NCBI RefSeq assembly: GCF_009914755.1
Contig: NC_060936.1
Direction: 5' to 3' (one strand)
Source of the DNA: the human T2T-CHM13v2.0 reference genome, Homo sapiens
Length of the DNA: 64,000 bases
The first letter of the stretch is position 1; every line of letters begins with the position of its first letter. Both the position numbers and the translations under genes were made by a program. Of this stretch, positions 25,851-38,808 are shown piece after piece. A model generated the notes under the pieces. That model was given only the letters and a program-made list of their open reading frames with translations. It was not told the DNA's origin and ran no database searches.

Positions 25851-26214
25851 GTAATATACAAGGAAGGCTTTAGACTCTCTCTCTCTCTCTCATGCACACA
25901 CACATGCACACTTTTTTTTTTCAGAAATTTAAACATTGGCTTAATCAATGTTGATAATCAATGTCTCTTACCCATTACCTGTTACCCAAGGTAATTAATG
26001 TCTGTTGGCCATCTTAACTAGAGATTCCTGTCTCTCAGTTCATCTTCGCCTTAAGAGGAAACTCTTAAGTGCAGAAAGCCTGTTTCTTAGAACCCATTCT
26101 TCCTACAGCTACTTTCCTCATTTCCAGCAAAGTCGTGGGGATCACTGGAAAGCACAAGGTGTTCTAAGATAGCGCACAGCATTCCATTTCACCTCCAAAA
26201 GATGTCAGTGTTTT

Positions 26215-26293
26215 TATCTCTCTCCCCACTTCCCTCCCTCCTTCCTTCCCTTTTTCTCTGCCTCCCTCTCCCTCTTCTTTCCCTTCTCTCTTT
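26215..26293. repeat. Polypyrimidine low-complexity tract
   Basis: About 80 nt almost entirely C/T. Confidence 0.8.
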
Positions 26294-27099
26294 GTAAAAA
26301 GTTGTCTTACTCAGTTTCTTGAATGATCCCATGATGTTTTCTCCTTCATACTGTTACTTTGGCAAGAAGCAAACTACTGAGCATGTAGTGTACTGGATAA
26401 GAACTGAAGTACTTTCTTTTCTGTAAAGAAAGTGCGCATGTATCAGCTCTGTGACTATATTCCACATTGGCCCTGCTGGAGGGAAGATACTTTCTGGAAA
26501 AACAAGTCAACTTATCCCACTCTGGCAGCCTTCCTTTCTCATCAGAGCTGTGGTTGGCTCAGCAAAGCCCAAGGGCTGCTGTGAGCCCTCTCTGCATATG
26601 TGGCCATCGAGGTAACAGAGGAGGCTGAAGGCTGTGGTCAGCACCCGAGGCCCACAAACCAATGCCCTGAAGCTACTCTGAAAAGGTGGCTGCTGGGGTC
26701 ACTGGCTGCCTAGAGCTTTCCAGGGCTTTCAGTTCTCTGTTGGGCTGGAAATATATTCAGGGCAAAGGGCTTGGGCATTTTTTCCCCTTGTGGTATTTGG
26801 CTATGGTGAGCTCAAATTCTAGCTCAGCCCTGGCAGGGCTGAGGACTGTATAAGTGAAAAATAGTGGAATGAAACCTCAGAACACGTATGACCTTCAAGA
26901 AGGTTTGGTTTGGATTGGGTTCTAGAAATGGTCTGAGTTTTTTGGTTGTAGGCTTTTTTTTTTTTTTTTTTTTTTTTCGGAACGCATTTTGAACTTCTCC
27001 AGAATGCTGTTCATGGCCTATGGGAAGGGCCTCACTTGGCCCCTCTCTATCCCCCTACCCCAAGCAGTATCACTGGGGATAAAAGAAAGGTATGTTAGA

Positions 27100-27325
27100 A
27101 ATTATCATTAGATGAGTGTCACCTACCAGGAGCTTGGCTAAAGAGCTTCACTACCATCCTTGCATGTAATTTTTACAAGATTCCTGCAAGGAAAGTATCG
27201 TTACACTCATTGTAGGATAAAAAAACAGAGGTTCAGAGTGTCTACTGCTTGTCCATGATAGCAAGATAGTAGTGTGGGATTTGAACATCAGAAACTTTGG
27301 AATATGGGCTCTGAAACACCATGTT
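27100..27325 (-). mobile_element. MIR
   Basis: acagaggttcagag...cttgtccatg...gtgggatttgaac. Confidence 0.65.
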
Positions 27326-27739
27326 GTACTCCCTTTATTCCTCCTTTCCTTTTGTTTTTTCCTTTTCCTACTTCTTCTTAATCTTTTTCTCCTTCTACTG
27401 CATTTACAAGGACAATTTAGCTGGCATTTCAAAGTGCCTGCTGTAGGCAAATTGCTGTGCTGGGCCCTCTAGGAGATGCAAAGATGAAGAAGTCACATCA
27501 GTGTCAGCTGAGACCTTGAAAAATTCCTTGAGGAAGTATTGGTGGTGGATCAGTGAGCTGGTTCTTCATTAAGTGGGTCCTTAAACCTAGTCTTGTTTAA
27601 GAATACTCCCTCTCTCCTTTGATTTCCAAATAAGATGCTCAAAAACTTCTGATCCTTAGTTAATCAGAGAAAGGAGTGAGGATACCTACTGCAAATTTTT
27701 TTTTTTTGTGGGTTCATGTTTGTGACCACCACTGTATGT

Positions 27740-28140
27740 TTAAGTTACATATGGGACTGAAATTGATCCCATAATTTATTCAGGGATAATTGTATGACCT
27801 AAGCCAGACCAATCAGAGGTCTCCCATGGACTTCTATTGGCTTTATTAGTAAAGATGCTTTCTGAGTTACAGGCACGGTAAGGACACGTGGTAGGCCTAG
27901 GGCTGCTTGTAACCATTTTGCCACCATATGGAAAATATCTGTCTGAAAATGAAGCTAAAGAAGAGGCACCCAGAACTCAGAGGGAGAAAGAGAATGTTCC
28001 TGAAGAAAATCCGGAAGGCTGGATCTAGCCATGCCTGAAGCCACATATTAATTATATGAGCCAATAAATTCCCAATTTTGCTTAAGATAGTTTGAATCGG
28101 GTTTCAGTCATACACAAGTGAAAGAGTATAAACACATACA
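27740..28140 (+). mobile_element. MLT1 LTR (K/L-like)
   Basis: atgacctaagccagaccaatcaga...tggatctagccatgcctgaagcc...tgagccaataaattccc..ttttgcttaag.tagtttga.t.gggttt...ataca. Confidence 0.8.
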
Positions 28141-28214
28141 TGTAGAAGAAGATGCAGAGGGTTGGCCATGCAGGTTGCTTGGTGAAAGATAACAGGAGAG
28201 AAGGGTCTGGGCAG

Positions 28215-28315
28215 TCCAGGAACTGTTCCTGTCTTGCTGGTTGATTGATATTCAGCACCTGAAACAGTGCTTGGCACTTAATAGGCAGTCAGTAATTATT
28301 GACTGAATGAATGAA
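28215..28315 (+). mobile_element. L2 3' terminus
   Basis: cagcacctgaaacagtgcttggcac...tgactgaatgaatgaa. Confidence 0.8.
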
Positions 28316-29644
28316 CGATAGAATTAGGGTTGGATCAGGCAACTTGCACATCATATTTTGGTATTTTATTCTTAGAAAGCTATAGTGATATGTTTAGCCA
28401 TTTGCTACACTTTTGTATATTTTCTTCTGTTTTTCCTTGGTTCTTAGTAAAGTCCTTTAAAAAAATTCAAGCTTGTTGCTTATGCCAAAGGGGCTAAGGA
28501 GGTATTTATCCAGGCCTAGGCTGGAAAGGGGAAACGTAATGCCTTTGGAGGTTGTGTATGGTAGATGAGGTAAGAAAAGGATTTGCATGATGCCACAATG
28601 TGCAGATATAGGATGTAGGAAGAGAGGACCTGAGAGCAAAGGAATAGCTCGTCCTCTCTCTCTCTTCCAAGCTGTTTCTTGTCTCTTTAGTGGAATTTTT
28701 TGTGTTATTTGCAGGGGGTAATTTTCTCCCTTAGTCACCTGTACAGTCATCTCTTTCTTTCTCCTCCTCTTTCTTCTTTTCTGCTTCTCTTTTTTCTTTA
28801 TGCTGTCCCTGCTTTTAATCCAGTAGTTTTTTTTTTTTCCTTTCTCTCTGCTCTCTTTTTAATTTTCTTTCATTTTGCCCAACCATTGTTCACCAGTCAT
28901 TGTTCTCAAATCCATGTGACTTTCAAAGGCCAGTCCTCCTGGCCACCCTTCCCCGAGTTCATCCCAAGCTGTACACTCCCGCTTTGCCGCACCATTATTC
29001 CACATCTGGGGCATGTTATAGAAAACATAGACATGGAGGCATGTGCCAAAGACTAAAAGGACAGAGCTCCTGGAGAGGGGACCGGCATTTGCCAACTCTC
29101 CCATGCCACTTAACTTAGAGCCAAAAAGACTCAATCAATCATGGCCAAAGGATTCTGTACAATTTGCCACCAGCTGCCTCAATAAAGGTCACCAACTGTC
29201 TACTCATTGGGTGATTAGCTGGGATAATGTGGGAGAATACAAAAGAAGATGCAGTGGATCTCACAGTCTAGGAAAGGGTTGAGACACAGAGAAAGAATGG
29301 AGTCCTTGAAGTCCCAGTTTCACACCTCATTTCTCATCTAAAGAAGACTGGATCTTGGCCAGGTTAACCTTTTTGATTCTTAGTTTATTTGTAAAATATA
29401 AGTAATTGTGATATTCACTGATCAGGTGTTTTGTGAGAATGAGAAGATACACTACATTTAAAGTCCTTACTTAATCATTAATGACTGATCATTTTTGGCC
29501 TCCTTTGCTAGCTAGAGAAAGCATAATTTCACAACCCAGATGTTAGCTGGGGTCTCTCTGCCCCTTGTCTTCAAGAAGAAGAAATTGCTTGCAACCCCAG
29601 TTCCCACCACCAACAGATCTATGATTGTTTCTCAGCCTTATGGT

Positions 29645-30015
29645 AGGGGTAACAAACTTAGAAGCCTATTGCAGCCAGATAGATAATGTAAATGAGGGAA
29701 ACTAGGTAAGTTCACTCACTTACATAGGGTAATATGGGGTGGTGGGGACTGGCAAGTTGGACACTGTGTGCTTCATGTAACATGGCAGTCTTATCCATCT
29801 CCTGCCAATTATTTCCTTGTGGACTGTGGTCCCAGATTTCCCAGATACTTTACTCTATTTCAAGAAAAAATTTCTGGATTTTAAAAAGTGAGATAAGCTG
29901 AATTTTACAATGTTGTCAATGTATTCAGATTAAAAACAATGACAATGACAATAGCAATACAACATTTTGATGGATCAAATCAGTACCTCTGTAGATCAAA
30001 CACATTCTGCCTCTA
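29645..30015 (+). mobile_element. MER102-like (hAT-Charlie)
   Basis: ggggtaacaaact...gccagatagataatgtaaatgag...ggtggtggggactg...tggtcccag.ttt.ccagat...ttcaagaaa...ctggattttt. Confidence 0.7.
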
Positions 30016-30744
30016 GACTTTCTCTTTGGCTTATTTTTCAGGACCCCTTCTGCATATAGAAACTTCTCCTTCACCAGGTTTCACGAAAAGTCCTGAGCAT
30101 TTAGTCTTACCAAGCATTTAGTGTGACAAGAGTCTTTTCAGGGAAGTTGAAAGTCACAGAAAAGTCACATCACACCATAGGTTTCTCTTATCTACACTTT
30201 CTCTAAGTTTCTTCTCCCTTTCTCCTTCCATTGTCTCAGGAGCAACTAAACTCTCTTTGTCTTACATGAATTTACTAAGTTCCCTTCTTTGAAGCTTTGA
30301 CACCAGTTTACATTTATGCTCCATGGGGACTCGGCTATCCTAAGATGGCTTCTCAAGACATTTTCTTATCAAGGATGATCCTTCTTCTGAAAAGAATCCT
30401 CTGACACAAGCTGTTAAGAGGGGAAAAATAAATTCTCCATCTCATTATGAATGAGCCAATTAGCAAGGGAGGCATGGTTATTAAAGTGCCAAAAGTTGTG
30501 GTCTGTGCATTGAATGCTTCACATTATGGAAGAGAAGGGTGCTGAGCCTGCAGGAAAGGTTCTGTCTGCAAGAATACTTGATGCCCTGTGGCCACCCGCA
30601 GCAATCCTGAACACTGGCTGAGACAAACTATAGCATGTGGTTTGCCAGGTCTCTGTGTGCAAAGGGGATTGTCTATAAAAGTTCTACAGAAATCAGAATG
30701 GCAGACCCAGGATACAAGATTCAGGGGGATACAGCAGATATGAT

Positions 30745-30940
30745 AGACTACAGTGGTTATGGGCAAAAACTTGGAATCTCACTTCCGTCATGTGCAAGTT
30801 TACTGAAGTTATTTACTCTCTTTAAGCCTCAGTTTCCTCATCTGCAAAAAGAGGCTCATAATACTTATTCCCCAGGGTGTTAAAAGATTTCATGGGAAAC
30901 CATGTGTGAAGCACCTGCGCATTGTAGACATTGAAAAATG
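30745..30940 (+). mobile_element. MIR
   Basis: ctctttaagcctcagtttcctcatctgcaaaa. Confidence 0.85.
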
Positions 30941-30944
30941 CAAG

Positions 30945-31235
30945 TTTCCTTCCTGCCTAGTCCCTACTCCTTCTTCAAGGTTCACTGCTGGCATCACCCC
31001 CTCAGGATGCTTTCCTTGCACTTCTCTTAATTCCATCTGTGATGGGTTAGGTACTCCACTCTTCTCTGCATCTTAGACTTCCCAGTACACTGTTTGCATC
31101 ACTCATCTTGCGGAGTATTGAATGGCTTGTTTTTATTTCTGCATCTTCTTGAAAACTAGGACCATCTCACATGGACCTTTGTCTCTCCAACTCCTGGCAT
31201 GGTGCTGCATGCATGAAAGGAACTCAGTAAATGTC
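30945..31235 (+). mobile_element. L2 3' end
   Basis: tcctactccttcttcaagg...cctggcatggtgc...aggaactcagtaaatgt. Confidence 0.7.
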
Positions 31236-31333
31236 AAACTAGGGGCTCTGAAGTGAAGAGAATATTTTCTTACCTATCTTCAGAAATGTACAATTTAGAA
31301 AAGAAGATTATAAAATATATATTCCTGAAAAGG

Positions 31334-31338
<5 letters not shown>

Positions 31339-31378
<40 letters not shown>
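31339..31378. repeat. (CA)20 microsatellite
   Basis: Read directly. Confidence 0.95.
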
Positions 31379-31380
<2 letters not shown>

Positions 31381-33974
31381 TTATTATTACCCATCCTTGG
31401 TGCTTGGCCCAGCTGCAGCACTTATTGGGGTTATTAACAAAGACAAGGCCTAGATTTTAACCTGATATCAACCTGAAAGCTGGGTCAAGATCTCAGAGAA
31501 AGAGAGAAAATTGAGCGGGAAGGAGAATGCCTCTTTTTCTTGTGGAAAGTCCTTGAGGAGTTGCAATTAAAGACCTAGTGTACTTGAAAGTATCTCTTCC
31601 AATCTGAAAATAAATTGAACTTCCTGAACTGCTTTTGGAAAACCAAAGCCTGGAAGATTTTTTGACTTTCATCCTTCCTGCGTCAGCATTTGGAAGAGAA
31701 ACAGGGAACAATGAACAATTAAAAGAAACCCACTGCATTAACAATCAGTAGATTTGGGGGTCGGGGAGACAGAAAGGCTAATGATTCTAACTTTTTAATT
31801 GTGTGAAGCCTAAAGAATTATGGAATTACCTAGAACTTAAGCTTTTCATCTTTTTTCATTTGATCTCTAGCCAAGTAACTACTGTAGAATAATTTAATAT
31901 TCTCTGAGTCGTCAATAATAAGGCTTGCAATGTGATAGTTAAATGCACTTAAAATTTTGATGAGATCATTAATAATATCTCTTGTCAGTGACTTAACTCT
32001 AGTTAATAACTTCCTTGTGACTTTCGTCAAATAGATTTTCCTGGGGATATTAATTTCCAAAGGTTTATGGATGTCCTTCAATTGTTAGCCAGTGACAGAA
32101 ATAGCTTTTCTGCTGTGGCATGTTTTGAGGTTTTGCTCTTACTTCTAAGAAAAAGGCGATAATTGTGTAAACCAACTACTCATCTGTGTTTGGCATCAAG
32201 TTTTAACCTAAAACCTGAAGTAATATTTTCTAAAAAGAATAGTTTCATGTAATTTTCACGATAACATCATGCCAACACCAACTATTCTAAAATGGCAGCC
32301 TGTTATTTTACAAGTTATATAAGTCTAATAGAGGAGAAAAAATCCTCTTACCGCCTCACTTTGGGAACAGTTTCTTAGAATTTTCCTGACTAATATGGGT
32401 TCACGTCAGTATGCTCATTCCTCATCTTCTGCAGCTCATGCCACACAACCAATCCAAACCCACTTCTAACCCAGAGCCAACCCGAGTCTTCAAAGCGGGT
32501 TGTATCTGCTCTGCGGTGGGGAGAAAAACTTGGGACAGGGTTAGCAGAGAGTTTCTCATTAAGTTCTAGAACTGCTGAGCAGTTGAGCACCCTTTGGAGT
32601 TGGAAGGAGGCATCTGAGGGCAAATAAAGATAATTGCTTTATATATTGACTAATGGTCATTCAGAATTTGTCAATCCACATAGGAGCCTAGACTCGCAGG
32701 GCTTGGCACAAGGAGGGGGCTCCACACATATTTGCTGAATGAATAAATGCTATCAATAAGGCCAAGCAGGGTTTGGATAACCTCAGAGATGTTTGATATG
32801 TAACTGACTAGGAAGGGGAATTCAATTTCCTTTCAGTTTTAGACCAACTACTTCCTCCTCCTCTTCCTCTTCCTCTTCTAATTATGTGACTTGCCAGAAA
32901 GAGAAATTCTTGCCCCTGGAATCAGGAGAATCTCTTTTGCTATTATGAAAAACATGAACATATGTCTTTGAAATCTCTTTTTCTTTTTTAAAGAGAGAAT
33001 TTTCTACATGATCTCTAAGGTGTCTTAACCCAAAACAAGGGCTCCTCATATATGGAGCAAAAGGCTGGGTTAAAAGATAAATCTTTTCTGGGATTTACAG
33101 TCCTGTTGAAAGACAGGACATGTTCAGATGGAGAAATAATGGTAATAAATGAGCATATGCTGAAGTCCAAACAATTAGTATGTCTGTGTGCTGCAGTCCC
33201 AGGAGACAAGATATCCTCTTACCCATTCAAGGAACACCCTGGCCCTCGGATCGGGCTCTACTCTCTTCTGTGTTGCCAGGCCATCTTCCACCAACCATCC
33301 TTTCTTTATTAACTTCCATATCTTTATCTGTCTTGGCCATTTCTCCTTGGCTTGGAAGAGTGCGCCAACCTTTCCTATTCTGAACAAACACTAACTGTCT
33401 CATTTGGGCCAGGTCTTACTCTAGCAATTTTTCTATTTTTCCTCGTTCCATCTCATACAAATATTTACAGTCATTACTTCAACTTTCTCATCTCCCTTTC
33501 ATTCCTCAGCTCCCTCAACTCTCAGGTTTACGACTCCCTGTCCCTAGAGATGCTCTCTGTAAGATCAGCTGTGGCTCTTCACTAGCTGAGATAACCAGCC
33601 CAATCTTCTGGGGACTTTCAGTCTTGTTTTTATTAGATGGACCACTCCTCTTCATTTGACAGCACGTTGATGATCAATCATAATCTTTTTTATATACTTA
33701 GCTGTCTCGGTTCTCTGACCTCATTTTCTTCCTGCTTTTCTCTGCATTCTTATCTTCTCCTTTGAAAAATCCTCCTTTCTCCAACTTTGTCATATGTTGG
33801 AGCTCTTCCCTTCTCTATTCTTTAGTTCTTTTCTCAATTTTTATTTTCTTGGGGTGTTTAAATTCACTCTTATGGTCTTACCCAGAACTGATCTATTATT
33901 GCTTTGTAAAAATCTACTTTTCCTGAGCATCTATTCAACTGTCTATTCACAAGGCCATTTTGTGTTAGTCACAA

Positions 33975-34367
33975 TGGGCTAGCTGCCCATATCCTTGAGC
34001 TTTACAAGGGCCTGCCAATACCTGTGAGACCTAAATCAAAGAACAATGGACTCCAAAATCAAAAACACCTGGTGAAGGCAAACTTAATGCCTATTTAAAA
34101 CACAATATTATGTCAATTTCATGACAAAAATATATTTGTTATTTTAAAAAGTTCAATCTCCACACAATTGGAAAAACCATAACCAATCAAAAGTTAAATG
34201 AATTGTAAAAAATTTCAAAAATCAAAACTGTAAAAATCCTCTCAAATTTTTATTGCAAAAGTTATATTTAATGGGACGTGGATAAATTTCAGTATATTTG
34301 CTATGATGTGGGATGGGGCTTCCAGAAATAAGTGCTGGGCCTTTGAAGGTCTTACAAACAGCCCTGC
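33975..34367. mobile_element. hAT-Tip100-like DNA element inserted in L2
   Basis: Interrupts the L2; ends in gggcctttgaaggtctta...cagccctg (Tip100-type TIR); AT-rich interior. Family name uncertain. Confidence 0.45.
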
Positions 34368-34876
34368 CTCCTGTATTATCTCCATCTGGATATTCCACAG
34401 GCATTTAATTCATCTTCTTCCCTTTCTGGTATTCTCTATTTTAGTTGGCATCGCCCAATCACCCAAGCTGGAAGTCATCTTTGGCTACTTGATCTCATCC
34501 AAGGCTCCTCATATTCCCCCATTTAATCAATTGCTACATCCTATTGATTTTTCTCCTAATTATGTATTAAATTCACTAATTTCTTCCCTTTCTCTCACAC
34601 TGATGTAGCTGATGTCTTGGTCAACCCTCACCTTGATCCTGTAATACTCGTATAAGTGGTCTCCCTGTAGCTGCTCTGTTTGCTCTCTCCTTATTGTTGA
34701 CTTCAAATTCAAGTAGGGCCAGTCACTCCTGCTTAAAATGCTTTGGGGGCTTGCTAGTGATCATGAAAGAAAATCTGAGTTTCTTAGCATGACACACAAA
34801 GCCCTGCAACCTGCTCTTACCTGTTTCTCCAGCCTCATCTCTCATCTCTCCCTGCCTGGCACTTGGCCATTCATTA

Positions 34877-35110
34877 CACCTGATCCTTGTACAACACACG
34901 TGTGGGTCCACTTATACACGGATTTTTTTTCAACCAAACTCAAATTGTATTTGCAGGATGTGAAACCCATGTATTACGGAGGGCTGACTTTTCATATATG
35001 CTGGTTCTGCAGGGCCAACTGTGGAATTTAAGTATGTGCAGATTTGAGTAGATGGGAGGGGTGAGGCAGGGCCCTGGAACCTATCCCTGGCATATGCCAA
35101 GTGATGACTG
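34877..35110. mobile_element. TcMar-Tigger MITE (MER2B/Tigger2-like)
   Basis: TA target duplication at 34875-34876 and 35111-35112; gatccttg.acaacac...gggtccacttatacacggatttttt...ggagggctgactttt...cctggaacc.atccc...gatgactg. Confidence 0.8.
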
Positions 35111-35429
35111 TACTTCTAGGTGGCACTGTAGCTCTCTTGGCCTCTGATTTGTGTGTAATGACCTCCTTGTCTAGAGTGCACCTTTGCCCTTTTCTCACTC
35201 ACCTTCTATTTATGCTTTAAGACTCAGCTCAGGTGTTACCTATTTAAGGAAACCTTCCAAGAACATGTCAAACCTGGACAGAATTCTCACCCCTGTAGGA
35301 TCCAGCACCCACCTCTATCACAGATTTACAACACTGTATTATAACAATCCATTCACATGTCCTTTTCTGCCACTCATCAGCGGGTCACTGGATAGCAGGG
35401 GTGCCCATTTATATTTTCAAGTTCCCATT

Positions 35430-35948
35430 TGTGGTGGTTAATATTGAATGTCAACTTGATTGGAATGAAGGATGCAAAGTATTATTCCTGGGTGTGTCTT
35501 TGAAGATGTCATCAAAGGAGATTAACATTTGAGTCAGTGGACTGGGAGAGGCAGACCCACCCTCAGTCCAGGTAGGCACCATCTAATCAGCTGCCAGCCC
35601 GGCTAGGATAAAAGCAGGTAGAGGAACGTGGAAAAACTAGACTGGCTGAGTCTTCTGGCCTCCATCTTTCTCCCGTGCTGGAGGCTTCCTCTTCTCAAAC
35701 GTTGGACTCCCAAGTTCTTTAGCTTTTTTATTCTTGGACTTTTGACCACAGACCAAAGGCTGCACTGTCAGCTTCCCTACTTTTGAGGTTTTGGGACTCG
35801 GACTGGCTTCCTTGCTCTTCAGCTTGCAGATAGCCTATTGTGGCACTTCACCTTGTGATCATGTGAGTCAGTACTCCTTAATAAACTCACTTTCATATAT
35901 ACGTCCATCCTATTAGTTCTGTCCCTCTAGAGAACCCTGACTAATACA
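35430..35948 (+). mobile_element. MLT2A (HERV-L) solo LTR; length suggests MLT2A2
   Basis: TG...CA ends (tgtggtggttaatattgaatgtcaacttgattgg ... ctagagaaccctgactaataca); perfect 5-bp TSD CCATT at 35425-35429 and 35949-35953. Confidence 0.93.
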
Positions 35949-35982
35949 CCATTTCATACTGTAAGACAGGAATCAGGTTCTT

Positions 35983-36284
<302 letters not shown>

Positions 36285-36704
36285 TGGAATCAGGTTCTTA
36301 ATCAGCCATCTGTTTCCAAATATCCCAAACCTGTGGGTTTCAAAATATTAACTGCTCTGAGAACCCAAGTCATGACTGTGGTATTCAGGTAGAACCCAGA
36401 CACACGCAGCCCAGGAATCTATCTAAAACACTTCCTGTGAATGGTTCCAATTCTTTAACGAAGATTTAATTGAGAATGAGTGGAATGAAGATCACAACTA
36501 GTTTAATGATCACACAAACACAATCATATGTGACCTGGGAAACTATATGGCACATAGTAATGTCTAATTGCTTCTCACTAAGCATTTGCTAAAACCCCTT
36601 GACGAGTTGTGGTTAGGGAATTATCTTTGTTCAGATCTGTTTTCGATTTAAAAAAAAAAACAAAAAACTATCCACTGGGATCTTATGTTCTTAAAACCTC
36701 TGAA

Positions 36705-37001
<297 letters not shown>

Positions 37002-37261
37002 TGATATTTTCACACAAAAGTCTTCTCTCTGGGTACTAAGATCCTTATTAAAAAGAAGCTTCATTCTCTTTGTCTGTACTTGCTCAAGGTCCATATTTAG
37101 ATTCGAAATGCAGCCTTTGCTATCTACATTTAAAGGTTGCAATTCTGAATTCTCTAGAGCCTGTGCTTCTACCTTCCCTGCACCACCATAGCAGGAAATA
37201 GGCATGGCAGGTAAAGAAAATGAGCAAGGAGACAGATTTGATTTCCAACAGCCTCTCCGGT

Positions 37262-37453
37262 AAGATGGCTAGATTTAGGAGGGGAAAAAAGTACAAAATT
37301 TCCAGTTAAATTTAAATTTTGGAGAAACAATGATTTTTTAAACTAAAAGTATATTGCCTGTGCAATATTTGGGACATACTCCCACTAAAAAAAATCCGTT
37401 GTTTATTTGAAATTCAAATTCAACTGTATCCCGTATTTCATCTGGCAACTCTA
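37262..37453. mobile_element. MER53 palindromic MITE
   Basis: ccagttaaatttaaattt...aaacaatga...gcaatatttgggacatact...gttgtttatttgaaattcaaattcaactg...atctggcaactct. Confidence 0.9.
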
Positions 37454-37714
37454 CTCTGAAGTTGTATTCTCAGACCCAGACACACTTCGCACGCATACTA
37501 AACATGTGCAAATATTTTCACTTCCACAAGGAAATGCCCTCACTCCCACTTTTCCTAAAGCAAAAATGCCCTCTTTGCTCTTGGTCTGCCTTTAACTTCT
37601 CTACATTAAACATGGGTCCATAAAATAGTTATTTTCCTCTGATCTGTAGGGTTAGAAAACAGTATCCCAATTAAATGATACTTGGCATCTGGCACCAGAC
37701 CTGGATTTTAGGGA

Positions 37715-37985
37715 GTTAGGGGTGCTGGGTTCTGTAGGAAACCAGGTGACGCGCACTCCATCTGAAGGAGGACAAGGTTCACTAGTCAGCGCTCCACTGT
37801 CGCCATTTGGGAATGCAGCTTCGGTACTTTGGAAGAGTCCAAAAAAAAAAGCCAAGATATCCTGATTTTATGTGAAAAAACTGCAGACATTTAATCATTG
37901 ATAACTAGTGCAACTGTTAATCGAAACAAATGCAAGCACACTAAAACAAGCAAACATGCACACACAATGTCTGGGGGCCTCTTCT
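37715..37985 (+). mobile_element. MER102-like fragment
   Basis: ctgtcgccatttgggaatgcag...aagccaaga.atcctgattttatgtgaaa...tgtctgggggcc. Confidence 0.6.
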
Positions 37986-38808
37986 CAGGGTATCCGACTT
38001 GCTGTTGCTGGAGTCCTGCACTTTGGGGCAGAAAGGGAAGGAGAGACCTCTGAAAGAGGCAAATTTGGAAGTTTCTGATAAAAATGGCTCCCTAGGTGGA
38101 CAGAAACACAGGTGCCATTGTTGTAGCAAGATAATTATTTCCCATTTCATTCCTTCTTCCTGGGTTTCCTCCTCTGCAGTTCCCCAACTTAGCAGGCAGC
38201 AGGAGCCTGCTTCCTTGGTCTCAGGCAGGTATGTGGCAAGGAATGAAGGATATAAACAATTGTCTTTCCTGGCTTTTGTTTTCAAAATTCCATGCCACTG
38301 AGGGTATTTTCTAGGTGCTCTAGTCTAGAGAGTTTGAGGAGAGAGAGGATAGCCCTGAGGAAAAGGTAAACAGTGGGAGGAAGATTCTCCCAAGCTAAAA
38401 AAAGAAATCTCAGACAGTAGGAAGGGGGCAGAGGTTTGTGGTTTCTGGGAGCAGTGGACAAGGTTCCTACATCGTCACTCCCTGGCAGTGCTCCAAGGAG
38501 GTGGCTGATCTCAGAGGGGACAGTGGCAGAGGCCACAAATAAACACTGGGCTCCCCAGAGTCACTTTGCAGTCCCACGATCTGAAGGGACCACCAGAAGA
38601 GAAAACAGAACTAATGCATCTCTACAGTGCTTGGTGGATAAGGGGGACTCCCTGTTTCAGGGTCCTACAGAAGACCCCGGATCTATCTAATGCCAGGCAT
38701 GAGAGGAGGCCCCAAATGACCATTGTAGAACACATGAACTGCGCAGTGTAAGGGGAACTTAGATTTGAAATTCACTGATTTTGAAAACACAAAGGAATAT
38801 GCACAGAC

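Larger units (their letters stand above)
33320..35425 (+). mobile_element. Long decayed L2 carrying nested DNA-transposon insertions
   Basis: Sense L2 motifs: atctccatctggatattccacaggca, aagctggaagtcatcttt, cactcctgcttaaaa, ccttagcatgacacacaaagccctg-like, tttaagactcagctc. Confidence 0.7.

Noticed and set aside
28700-29056. Hydrophobic 118-aa ORF resembling a membrane peptide
   Set aside because: Phe/Leu/Ser richness comes from a polypyrimidine low-complexity tract; non-ATG start.
30097-30170. Short direct repeats (agcatttagt x2, aaagtcaca x2) as a CRISPR-like or regulatory array
   Set aside because: Only two short copies each, with no regular spacers; compatible with chance or micro-duplication in human DNA.
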